Positions 51,263 to 64,000 of a DNA stretch of 64,000 nucleotides are shown in pieces. Position numbers and translations under genes: made by a program. A model generated the notes under the pieces. That model ran no database searches, was not told the origin of the DNA, and was given only the letters and a program-made list of their open reading frames with translations. Within the stretch, counting starts at the first letter, position 1. The number at the start of each line of letters is the position of its first letter. Origin of the DNA: Cyanophora paradoxa CCMP329 (lineage: Eukaryota; Plantae; Glaucophyta); contig QPMI01000709.1 of the NCBI GenBank assembly GCA_004431415.1, forward strand, positions 62,001 to 126,000. The letters are read 5' to 3'.

Positions 51263-54200
51263 CTAGGCGGCCGGGAAAGCCACGTCGACGAAGGAGGACT
51301 CAGCGGCGAGGGATGGCTCGGGCCGGGTGCCGTGCGAGGAAGCTCCCCCGCCCCACGCGTTGCCAGCCCGGTTGCCCTTTTTCCGAGTCAGGAAGTCATT
51401 GAGGAGGGTGTCGACCTGCCGAGTGGCGGGGTGAGCCTCGGGAGGGGCACGTGCGGGCAGAGGCTTCTCGACGGGGCGGCTCGCCTCGTCGGCGGGGGCG
51501 GGGGCCTGCATGGCGCCGAGGCGTTGGAGGCGTGCCTCGTTGCGTCGCTGTATGCCCTCCAAGTCGAAGGAGGCCGCGGTGCCGCCGCGGCTCGCCGCGA
51601 CACCCGGCGGAGTGAGGGGCGCCGCTGGGGCCGGGGCCGGGGCCGTAGCCGGCCAAAACGAATCCCGCGCCAGTAGCGGCGAGTCAATGGCCGCCGCCGG
51701 TCTGGACGCACGCTGCTTCAGCAGCGGGCGGGAGGCGACGCGAACGCGAGGGGCGCACTGCTTCAAGACGGGCGCGAACTGGCCGAGCCTGGAGTGGGAG
51801 TTAGCACGAGCGGCGCGTCACGGAGCCGAAGGGGGGGGGGGGGGGGGGGGGGATATCGATGTGGCTCACGCTGAGACGCGGGCGGCGCCGGGGGTCGCGC
51901 GCCCGTCGGGGTACACGAAGAGGGTTTCGCTGCGGATCGCCGTGCCGCTCATGCGCAGCGGGTCCGCCGTCGGCGGGCTCTTCATGTCGTCGTCCCACAG
52001 GCTCCTGCGCGAAGGCCTCGGCGAAGGGCGCCGCGGGCAGGGCGCGGGGCGGGGCGGCGCGCACGGGACGGGCCCGAGCTTGGAGGGGGGCGGCCCGGCG
52101 AGTAGGGGCCGGCCGGGCGCGGCGCCGAGGAGGCCCGGGACGGCTGCGCGCATGTCGGCGGCGAGGACGGCGGCCCGCGCCCGCATTTGCATCGTCTCGT
52201 TGTCCTCCGTCTGCCTCTCCCGGATCGCTGCGGAAGCGCCCGGGGTTCGGCCGCCGCCGGCTGTGCTGCGCAGGGCGGGGCGTGGGAGGGGGCGGACCCT
52301 CGCGGAGGCGGCGGAGCTCGTTGCGGGCCTCGTCGCGGGCGCGGCTGGCCTCCAGCGTGAGCTCCTTGAGCTGCGAGACCTCGGCGAGCTGACGCGCCAG
52401 CTGGCCCTTCACCGCCGCGTTCTCGTCCCGCAGGTCCCGCCGCAGCGCCACCAGCTCCTCCAGCGCCTCCTTCAGCGCCCGGCTGTTCGCCGCGTCCTCC
52501 GGCCGCGCCGCCGGCGCCGGCCTCTGCCCCGCACGCGACGTCGGACAGAGCGGCAGCGGCGGGGCGGCGGGACGCGCGCAGCAGGACGCACGGGCGCGGC
52601 CGCATCGTCGTCCCAGAGGCTGCGCGCCGGCCGCGCCGCCGGCTTGTCCGCCTCGCCCGCCCGCCCTCTTCGTCCGTGGCGCGGCGGCCGGCGCGCGGCG
52701 GGCGGCGGCGGCGGGCGCGGGCGGCTCCTCCTCCGCCGGCGGCGGGTCGTCGCGGCGGCGGCCGGCGCGGCGGCCGTGCGCGGGGGCCACGATGAAGTTC
52801 TCGGCCTCCTTGGCGGCGCCGCGCTTCTTGGCCGCCTCCTTCTCTTTCTCCTCCGCCTCGCGCCGCGCCAGCTCCTCCCGCTCCCTACCACGCGGTCAGC
52901 GCGCGGGACGGGGTGGGGCGGAGCCAGGGACGGGCGGGCGGCGCGCTTCTGGAGCTTGGCCTCGAGGCGGCGGTCCTCCTCCTCCTGGCGGCGCTTCTCG
53001 GCCTCCTTCTGGCGCTTCTTCTCCTCCATCTGCTCCTGCAGCGCCGCCTGCATGTCCGACTGCGCCTTGGCCTTGCGCCGCATCTCGTCCTGCACCCACG
53101 TCGGCTGCTGCTCGAACTTGAACCGCGAGTGATCTGCCGCCCGCCCGCCCGTGTCGCCCGTCAGCGCAAGGCCCCCGCGGCCCGCGGTCGAGCGCCAGCA
53201 CACCGTCGGGGTTGACGGCAGGCGCGCCACCGCCCGGGGAGGCGGCCTCGTAGCCCGGCGGGGCGCGGCCCGGCGGTGCGGCCCCGTACCCGAACTGGTC
53301 CGGTGCCTGCGGGTAGCCGCTGTAGCCGTATTCCTGTGGCGGCGGCGGCTGCGGGCCCGGCGGGGCGGGGCCGGCTGCGCCAGGCTGCTGGGCCCGGCGG
53401 TTGGCGATGATGTTGCCGGCGGCGTCGCGGATCGGGGCGCCGGCGCCGGCCTTGCCCCACGGGTCGTAGATCTCGGGGGCCTCCTGCTGGGCGCGCAGGG
53501 CCGGGTGGCGGGCGCGCCGCTCGGCCTCCTGCTGCGCCTGCCGCGCCGCCATCTGCTCCTGCAGCTGCCGGGCGTACTCCGCCTTCCGCCGGGCCCCTCG
53601 TCCGCCCGGCCCCCGCCCCGCCGGGCGGCGGGCCCTGGCCGTACCCCGCCGCCCCGTACTGCGGCGCGCCGTACCCCCGTAGCTCGGGGTTGCGGCGGGG
53701 CGTAGGCGGGCGCCCCGTACCCGCCGCCGCCGCCGCCGCCGCCGCCGTAGGGCGAGGGAGGATAGGAGCCCGCGCCGTAGCCGGGCTGCCCGTACGGCTG
53801 CCCGTAGAGCTGGCCGTAGGCGCCGGGGGAGGCCCGCGCGGGTCGGGCCGCGGCGGCGCCGGGGAAGGGGCGACGGCGCGGGGGTTCGGGGGGTACTGGG
53901 CGTCCTGATGGAGGGCGCGGAGGTCCGTGACAGCGTTGCCGGCGGCGTCGCGCAGCGGGGCGCCCGCCCCGCCCCGGCCCCGCCGATGTTCAGGCCCGTC
54001 CCGCGTCGCCCTGCGCCCCGTGTGAGGAGCGCAGCGCGCGAGTGAGGCGGGGAGGGGCGGGGCGCACGCGGTCGGCGGCGCGGGCGCGGTTGCGGGCGTC
54101 TTCGCGCTGCCGGACCTGCTCCTCGAGCTCGCGCCCGTACTCCCGCTTCCGCTCCGCCTCCTGCGAGCGCCGGACCTCCCGCGTGCTCGGCCGCGGGGCC

Positions 54201-55133
54201 TCCAGGCCCCCGCCGCCCCCGCCCTGCCGCGCCCTCCGCCCGTACGCCGGCCCTTCGTCCTCGTAGCCGCCGCCCCGCCCTCCCCGGCGGTCGTAGGGAT
54301 CGGGCGGCGGGGCCCTCCGGTCGTAGGGGTCGGGAGCAGGCCGCCTCGCCTCGTAGGGGTCCGGTGCCGGGGCGCGCCGGTCGTAGGCGTCGGACGCCCG
54401 CCGGTCGTACCCGTCGCGGCCGCCGCGGCGATCCGCGGGCTCCCGCGCCGGCTCCGGCGCCCGCCCCGCGCGGCCGCCGCCGTACGCCGGCTCCGGCGCG
54501 CCGCCGCCGCGGGCGCCGTACGCGTCCGGGGCGGCGCGCGGTTCGGGGGCGGGGGATGTCCTCGCGGAGCGGCGGAGGATGGCGGGGGAGGGGACGGAGG
54601 CCTGGGCGGCGATGACGGGCGCGTAGAAGTCCTTCATCTCGCGCTGCAGCCGCGACTTCCGGTCCAGCGTCGACTCCCGCGCGTCGAACGGGAACGCGCC
54701 GCCCCTCCCGCCCCTGCCGCCCCGCCCGCCCCGCCCGGGGCCCGCCCCGGCCCCGCCGGCTCCGGCCCCGCCGATCGTCCCGGCCCGGGTCACCTCGCCC
54801 CGCCTCCCCGCGCGGCGACGGGCCCCGTTCGTCGCCCCTGCCCGCCCTGCGCAGCGCTCGTCAGCGCGCACTCCGCAAGGTGAAGAGGCGGGGAGGGGCC
54901 ACGGCGCACCGGCCTGCGCGGCCGGGCTCGGGCGTGGGGTCGTCGCCCCCGCCGCGCCCCTGCATGCGCTCGAGGCGCTGCCTCCGCTTGGCCTCCCACA
55001 CCTCGTCCCGCCGGGAGCGGCCGTTCGCGTCCATCGATCCCTCCCGAGTCCCCTCGAGCTCCCCTTGCTCGCCCCCCTCCGGCGGCTCCGGCGATCGCTG
55101 CGGCGGGGGCTCCTCCTCGGGGGCCTCCTCCGC

Positions 55134-55167
<34 letters not shown>

Positions 55168-55981
55168 TGCCTCCGGCGCCTCTCCGCCTCTCTGAGGCGA
55201 AGGCGCTCTTCCCGAAGCGACGGGCCGCGGCCCTCCTCCTGCCGCCCCCGCCGTCATTGGCGCACACGCGGTAAGTGAGCGGCGCCTCGCACCGGTTTGG
55301 GAGGCTCCCACGCGGGCGGCGCCCTAGCCCGCTCCTGCTGTGCTCTGCATCCGCCCGCGCCTTCAGCGCCGGTAAGTCAAAGGCGGGGCAGCGCGCACGG
55401 GAATAGGGCCGCCCTCTGTGGCGGGGGCGACGCCGATCCTGCACGGTCCCTGCCCGGGCGTGCAGGGAAGACCTGTGCTGGTGCCGCTGCTGGGCGGTGC
55501 GCGAGCCGGCTCTCCCGCTCGACAAGTTCTGAGCGGCGCCGCTCGATAATGCGCTGTAGCGAGAGCTGCGCCGGGTCCGCCTCGGGCCCTAGACGGCCTC
55601 CATAGTTCTCAAAGTGCTCGAGAGTTTTCTTCTCCTCCTCGATCTGCTCGTGCGCGTCGCGGCGTCTCCGCTCCCGGACTTGTTTCTCGAGGGCGTCGGT
55701 GAGGGCTGACTGCGCCCTCTGACGCTCCCGCAGCCTGTGATTCGGCAACCATTGAGTGCGTAGCTAAGATTTTCGCTCCCATCGCCACGTAAAGAATCCG
55801 TAGCTATTGCACGCGGCACGCGCTAAGATTCCGTAGCTAAAAGTGCATAGCTAAGATTCCCGCCCCCGGAAGACGCACTGCTGGAGAAGCGGGCGCTCGT
55901 CCGCACCCTCGGCGCCTCGCTCCAGCGCTCTTCGCGCGCCGCCGGCGCAAGCTTCGTGTCTGCGCGCAATCCACGAAGCAT
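51263..55981 (-). CDS. CSPP1: Centrosome and spindle pole-associated protein 1-like (coiled-coil, ciliary tip), multi-exon; start tentative
   Basis: Two copies of the CSPP1 motif (YDPWGKAGAGAPIRDAAGNII; GRGGAGAPLRDAAGNAVTDL), repeated LxxQxxE coiled coils, and C-terminal RRNEARLQRL..LLNDF..SLAAESSFV. Several apparent indels in the ~82% GC stretch. Confidence 0.65.
51831..51852. repeat. Poly-G tract (G22), probably intronic in the CSPP1-like gene
   Basis: Homopolymer read directly. Confidence 0.85.
55137..55163 (-). repeat. (CAG)9 microsatellite encoding polyglutamine
   Basis: (CTG)9 on the plus strand, in the E/Q-rich frame of the CSPP1-like gene. Confidence 0.85.
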
Positions 55982-56187
55982 ATCAGCTTGCGGACTGCTG
56001 GAAAACCGAGGGGCATTGCCGGCAGGCCCACGGGTCCCGGCTTTCGCCCGAACCCGAAGCTTGGCCGAGGGGGTGCTGAGGCTCTGGCATATCGCCCGCG
56101 CGCTAGAGGAAGCTGCCGGGGGCTCACCGTGCTGCTTCCCAAGTTGGGCTCGCTGAAAGGAGTTAGCGTACCCCAGCAGATCGCAGG

Positions 56188-58949
56188 ATGTCCTGCGAGA
56201 ACGGCAGCCCCAGCGCATTCTCGACGGTCGCGGCCTGCATATCCAGCCGGGCGGCGACCCTCTCGCGCGCCCCGCTCGGCTCGATCGTCACAGCTCGCCC
56301 GGCGTCGCTGGCGCGGTTGACGGCGGCGTCGCGGGCCAGCCCGAGCACACGCGTATCGCACCTCGTGCCTTCCCGGCCCGGCTTCCTCGGCCAGCGCTCG
56401 TGGAGCAGCCGCCCGCAGCTCGCGGCGCGTTCCTTCAGCCGCGGCGTGTGGATGTCGCCCCGTAGCTCGAATTCCGGTGCGCATACAGACCCTTCGTAAG
56501 GATCCGCTTCGTCCGACGCGCTCATAGCACCGGTGGCCGTGCGAGCGTCCGCGACGGAAGCGTCGGCATGCCCGGAGGAGTTCATCGCGTTCGCGCACAA
56601 GCTGGCGGACGCGAGCGGGGCCGTGATCCGCAGGTACTTCCGCACGACGGTGCCCGTCGACGACAAGGCGGACGCGTCGCCGGTGACGATCGCGGACCGC
56701 GAGTCTGAGACCGCCATGCGGTGAGCTTCCTTGCGCTCGCCCTCGCGGCCGCCCCTGACGGCGCGCAGGGAGCTGATCGAGGCGACGTACCCGGACCACG
56801 GCATCTTTGGCGAGGAGCACGACAAAGTGCGCATCGACGCCGAGTGGGTCTGGGTGCGCGCCGCCCGCGCCCCGAAGGCCGCGGCGGGGCCGGCGGGGCG
56901 AGCGGGGCGGGGCGCCAGGTGCTGGACCCCATCGACGGCACCAAGTCCTTCATCACGGGCCGCGCCGAGTTCGGCACGCTCATCTCCCTCCTCCACAACG
57001 GCCAGTGCGCCGCCCCGCACCGCCTCCCGTCCGCCCGCCCGCCCGCGGCGGCCGACGCGGCGCGCAGGCCCGTGCTGGGCGTGATCAACCAGCCGATCAC
57101 GAACGAGCGCTGGGTGGGCGCCAACGGGTCGCCCGACGGGACGACGCTGAACGGGAAGCCGGTGCGGGTGCGGGACTGCGGCGAGCTGGGCAAGGCGATC
57201 CTCTACTGCACGACCCCGCACATGTTCGCGGGGGCCGACGCCGAGGCATTCGAGCGCGTCCGCAGGGCCGCCAAGGCGCGCCCGCCCCGCCTGCGCGCGC
57301 CGCGCGCCGCCCCGCCAGCGACGCGCCCCCGCAGGTCGGCCTCTACGGCTGCGACTGCTACGCCTACGCGATGGTCGCCTCGGGCTTTGCCGACCTCGTG
57401 CGCCCCATTCTCTCGATACCTGAGCTCAACTTAGCTTCGAGGCATTGGCCTCGACGCCAAGAGCTTCTCGAGCTCAAGCTAGCTTGCTTTATGGGCTTAG
57501 CCAGGCGTCGCGGCAGGTGGTGGAGGCGGACCTGAAGCCGTACGACTACTGCGCGCTGGAGCCCGTGCTCCGCAACGCCGGCGGGCGCCTGACGGACTGG
57601 TTCGGGAACCCGATCTCGCTCCAGTGCGACGGGCGCGTCGTCGCGGCGGGGTCGGCCCTCGTCCACGCGGAGGCCGTCCGCGTCCTCGCCGCCCAGCCGA
57701 CCGTCTCTCCGCTCGTGCCCCGCGCGCCGGCCCGCGCCGGCCCCGCCCCCAAGCTGCAGAGCATGACGGGCTTCGGGAGCGGCACGGCGACGGTGGACGG
57801 CATCACGGCGCGCGTGGACGTGCGGAGCGTCAACGGCCGCTCCTGCGACGTGATCATGCAGCTCTCGCGCTCCCTCGACCCCAGCTCCGAGCACGCCCTC
57901 CGCTCCACCGTCCGCCGCACCCTCGTGCGCCCGCCCGCCCGCCCGCCCTCCCGCCTCGCGCCCGCCCAGGCCGTTCCGGGCCCCGCTGAGCACGATCGGC
58001 GCTGCAGGGGCGGGGCACGGTGACGATCTCGGGCGGGGTGCAGTCGGCGGGCGCCGGGGTGCTGGGTGTGGAGCAGAGCCCGGAGGTTCTGCGGGAGTAC
58101 CGGAGGAGCCTGGAGGCGATCGCGGCGGCGACGGGGGCGCAGGGCCCCCTGACCCTCGACCACGTCCTCCAGGCGATGCGCATCTGGACGCCGCCCGAGC
58201 CGCCGGCGCGCAACGCGGCGAAGGCGACGCTAGCGGCGGCGGAGGCGGCGCTGCAGGAGGTCGTGCGCCTGCGCGAGGCCGAGGGCGCCGCCCTCGCCCG
58301 CGACCTCGAGCGCTCCCTCGACCGCCTCGCCACCCTCGTCGACGCCCTCGACGCCCGCGCCCGCGACCGCCTCCCCGCCCGTGCGCCCCCGCTCGGCGTC
58401 CGCCCGCCCCGCCCCGCCCCGCCGGGGCTGACTGGGCGGGGGCAGTGCGGGCGAAGCTGGAGGCGTCGGTGCTGGCGGCGGCGGGGACGGTGCAGAGCCT
58501 GGAGCCGGGGCGCCTCGAGCAGGAGGCCGTCCTGCTCGCCGCCCGCGCTGACGTCACCGAGGAGATCGTGCGCCTGCGGAGCCACCTCGCCCTCTTCCGC
58601 TCCGCCCTCGGCTCCGGCTGCCCCGCCGCCGCCGACGGCGAGGGGCCCTCCCCCGGCATCGGCAACAAGCTCAACTTCCTCACCCAGGCGCGCCACCCCG
58701 CCCCCCGCCTGCGCCGCGCCTGTTGCCGCGGCCTCTGAGCGAGCGTTCCTCTCGCAGGAGATGAACCGCGAAGCGAACACGGTCGCCTCCAAGGCGAACG
58801 ACGCCCCCGTGCGCCCCCCGCGCACCTCAAGCTCGCCTGCCCCTCCCTTCCAGCGCTGACCGCGCGGGGCGCGGCAGATGGCGCACACGGTGGTGGAGAT
58901 CAAGGACGAGGTGGAGCGCATGCGGCAGCAGGTCCAGAACCTCCGGTGA
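56188..58949 (+). CDS. Fusion protein: plastid transit peptide + histidinol-phosphate phosphatase (IMPase family, HisN/HISN7-like) + YicC/YloC endoribonuclease
   Basis: Ser/Ala/Arg-rich N-terminus. IMPase motifs SPVTIADR, GEE, WVLDPIDGTKSF, YGCDCYAY and LKPYDYCAL. The same exon (57517-57924) continues without a stop into SMTGFG..RSVNGR; later exons give GRGTV, DVTEEIVRLRSHL, GNKLNFLTQEMNREANTVASK and VERMRQQVQNLR* (TGA 58947-58949). Confidence 0.88.
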
Positions 58950-59307
58950 TACCGACTGCTCCGAATTCGGGCGCGCTAGCGCTCCCGCGCGCCCCCTCAG
59001 CTCCCTGCTCTCCTACCTATAGCTAATCCTTCCCGAATGACCTTCCCCCAAAACCTTCTCCCGAGTCCGCTTGCGCACTCAATATTGTTTAATTTCAAAT
59101 GCATTCGTTTCATGCCAGCGTGGATGCATGATATCGATATCGATGCGCTCTCCGTACGTCTAAAGCTGCAAACTCCGTGAATTTGAAATGAGACGGGTGC
59201 TCTCGGGCGTGGTGTGGAGGGGGCGGGGGATCTCAGGGGAAGACAAAAGAAGGGCTCGCGATCGACCGCCGCGCGGGGGAGGAGAAGAGGGCGGGGTGGG
59301 TCCGGGT

Positions 59308-62109
<2,802 letters not shown>

Positions 62110-62196
62110 ATCGCTGCGGAGGCTGCGGAAGGCGAACCAGCCGCCGGCAGCCGGCACTGGGGGGATACTCAAACTTTCGATTACCCGACCTGCGCG

Positions 62197-63325
62197 ATGG
62201 GCGGGGACGAGGCCGGCCCCTCGCAGAAGCGCGCTGCTGCTCCGAGCGATGCGGGGGACAAGGCACGCATTCGTGCCAAGAAGCGGAAGTACTTCCAGGT
62301 CCGCCCCGCTTCCGCCGCCGCGCGTACGCGCTGTAGGACGCGTGCGCTAGTTTAAAGGAAGCTATGGGAAGCTGGCAGATCGCGGGTGGTTCACCCTAGC
62401 GCGCGCAGGGCATGCAGAAGTGCGACTTGCACTCTGGGCCAGGCCTGAGCGGGGTGCTGATCACGACAGAGCAGAAGCGGGAAAGAGGCGAGTCCGTTCC
62501 GAACCACTGGTCTGGGCTGCAGTCGCTGAGGCTGCGCCCAGATGCCGCCCGCGAAGCAGTGACTGTCTTCTCGGAGCTGCTGGAGGAAGGTGCGCCCGAG
62601 CGCGAGGATGCAGGTGAAGAAGAAGACGTTGCGGGCGCGCTCGAGAGCGAGCTTGCGCAGCTGAAATCCAAGGAGCAGAACCCGGTCACCGCAGTGGACC
62701 TGGAAACCAAGGTGCACCGCCGCAAATCGTGTATCTTGCTCGTCTGCGAGCCCACAGTTGCTCAGGGCATTCTTTTTTTGAGAATCATTAATGCGAATCC
62801 GCTCGATCTCATTAAGAGGCTAATTGACAACGTCAAGTCAACGGGAGTGGCCCCATCCAGGTGCAATGTTTGAGTCGAATCCGGTGCAACTGCTTTTGCC
62901 TGACCTGATCTCAGGCACTGTATAAGATTTATTCCAATCATGGCCACGTGCTATGCAAGTGCAGACGACATCGGAAAGCATGCCCAGCGAGTGCTTCAGC
63001 CTTACCTCCTCGATGAGAGCATACCAATGAAGAAGGTTCAAATGTCGATTGCATAAGACAAAAATTATGTTCTAATCCAGCTCCACCAATACAGTATTGC
63101 ATCTTGTTCTCAAGGAGAAACAACAACACATGCAGCAGGGAGAAGAGCATGGAGGCAATCGAGGCGCACATTGGTGGAAGGCACCTTGTGGATCTACGGG
63201 ATCCCGACATCGTCATCTTCCTGGAAGTTTTCAAGGCAACATGCGCCATCGGAGTGGGGGTCGACTACTTTTCCAGTGCCAAATACAACCTGCGGACCCT
63301 GGCAGAAAGATCGAAGGCCAAGTAG
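62197..63325 (+). CDS. THUMPD1: THUMP domain-containing protein 1 (Tan1; tRNA ac4C adaptor), multi-exon
   Basis: [60 protein letters not shown] and AKYNL. Confidence 0.85.
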
Positions 63326-63396
63326 AAACCCTTGCAAATTGAAACCAGTTTGCGTAGCTTTTGCAAATTCGGGAGCGAAATACTAAACATCCACAT

Positions 63397-63881
63397 CTAT
63401 ATTAAGGCAGTATGCACAAGGATCCACAGCGTCAAAAACGAGGCGTAGGCTGGCATCGCGCCTTCCTGCATGAGCTTCCACCGCCCGCCAAAGTCTTCCT
63501 CATCAATCCCGAGGTACAGCGCGTAGTAGACCAGACCGCTCACAGTGCTGAGCACCCAGAAGCTGCGGCGTAGCCTCGGCGTGAGCGCGGGGACGGGACG
63601 ATGCTGCCGAGCGAGCGGCGCCCACCCAATGTTTCCAAGCGCTCCCTGCACGCCAGCGATGCCGAACGCTATACCGAGGACGACGCCGACGATCTGCCGG
63701 AACCTGCGAACGAGGTTCTCATTGCGGGAAGCCCGCCCATCGCTCCAAACGTGCGCGAGCACACCAGTAGACGACATCGAGAAGCTGCGCGAGTCGATCA
63801 GAACGCGGGCCGGCAGCCAGGCGCGCGTTGGCGGTGCACCTCGTCCTTGCCCCACGTTTGATTCCGTTGCAAAGCCTTCAT
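63397..63881 (-). CDS. RAB5IF: RAB5-interacting factor / OPTI (EMC6-like family) small membrane protein, 4 exons; could extend 5'
   Basis: Spliced: WGKDELLDVVYWFRQIVGVVLG..IDEEDFGGRWKLMQEGAMPAYASFLTLWIL. Confidence 0.85.
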
Positions 63882-64000
63882 GTTAGCTATAACTAAACGC
63901 CAGCGCTCGCGTCGGAGTCGACGTCGGCTCGAATGGCCCGCGTCAGTGGGTACGCGATTTTAGATCAACGCTTGGCATGCACGTGATCATGACTCTCGCC

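Noticed and set aside
54290-54420. Regularly spaced ~30-nt repeats resembling a CRISPR array
   Set aside because: The units are degenerate, in frame and encode DPYDRR peptides; there are no unique spacers or cas genes.

Overview
Gene-dense, intron-rich eukaryotic nuclear DNA from a flagellated, plastid-bearing protist. A glaucophyte such as Cyanophora is my inference, from Phe-bearing transit peptides, a cyanobacterial FtsH4-type protease, ciliary genes and high GC. The ORF track is fragmented because genes carry many ~45-75 nt introns. I reconstructed 16 genes by eye, in nearly strict alternating orientation: CFAP46-like (3' end), TTI1, DHX15/PRP43, mS38/AURKAIP1-like, PMCA Ca2+-ATPase, TAF10, DNAH6-like dynein heavy chain, DDX54/DBP10, SMT1, a novel Ser/Pro-rich type I membrane protein, WDR35/IFT121, RMND5, YqgF, CSPP1-like, a HisN-YicC fusion, and FtsH, plus THUMPD1 and RAB5IF at the right end (18 in all), and a possible degenerate glycosyltransferase fragment. 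The standout is 56188-58949: a predicted plastid-targeted histidinol-phosphate phosphatase (IMPase family) fused in frame, within one exon, to a full-length bacterial YicC/YloC endoribonuclease whose C-terminal REQ motif reads RQQ. Other notable signals are at least 12 GC-AG introns, micro-exons, very short bidirectional promoters, abrupt ~80% GC domains, and palindrome-rich intergenic islands that share a dispersed repeat and an AGCCGCTGAGC motif. Gene models are manual and unverified by RNA data.
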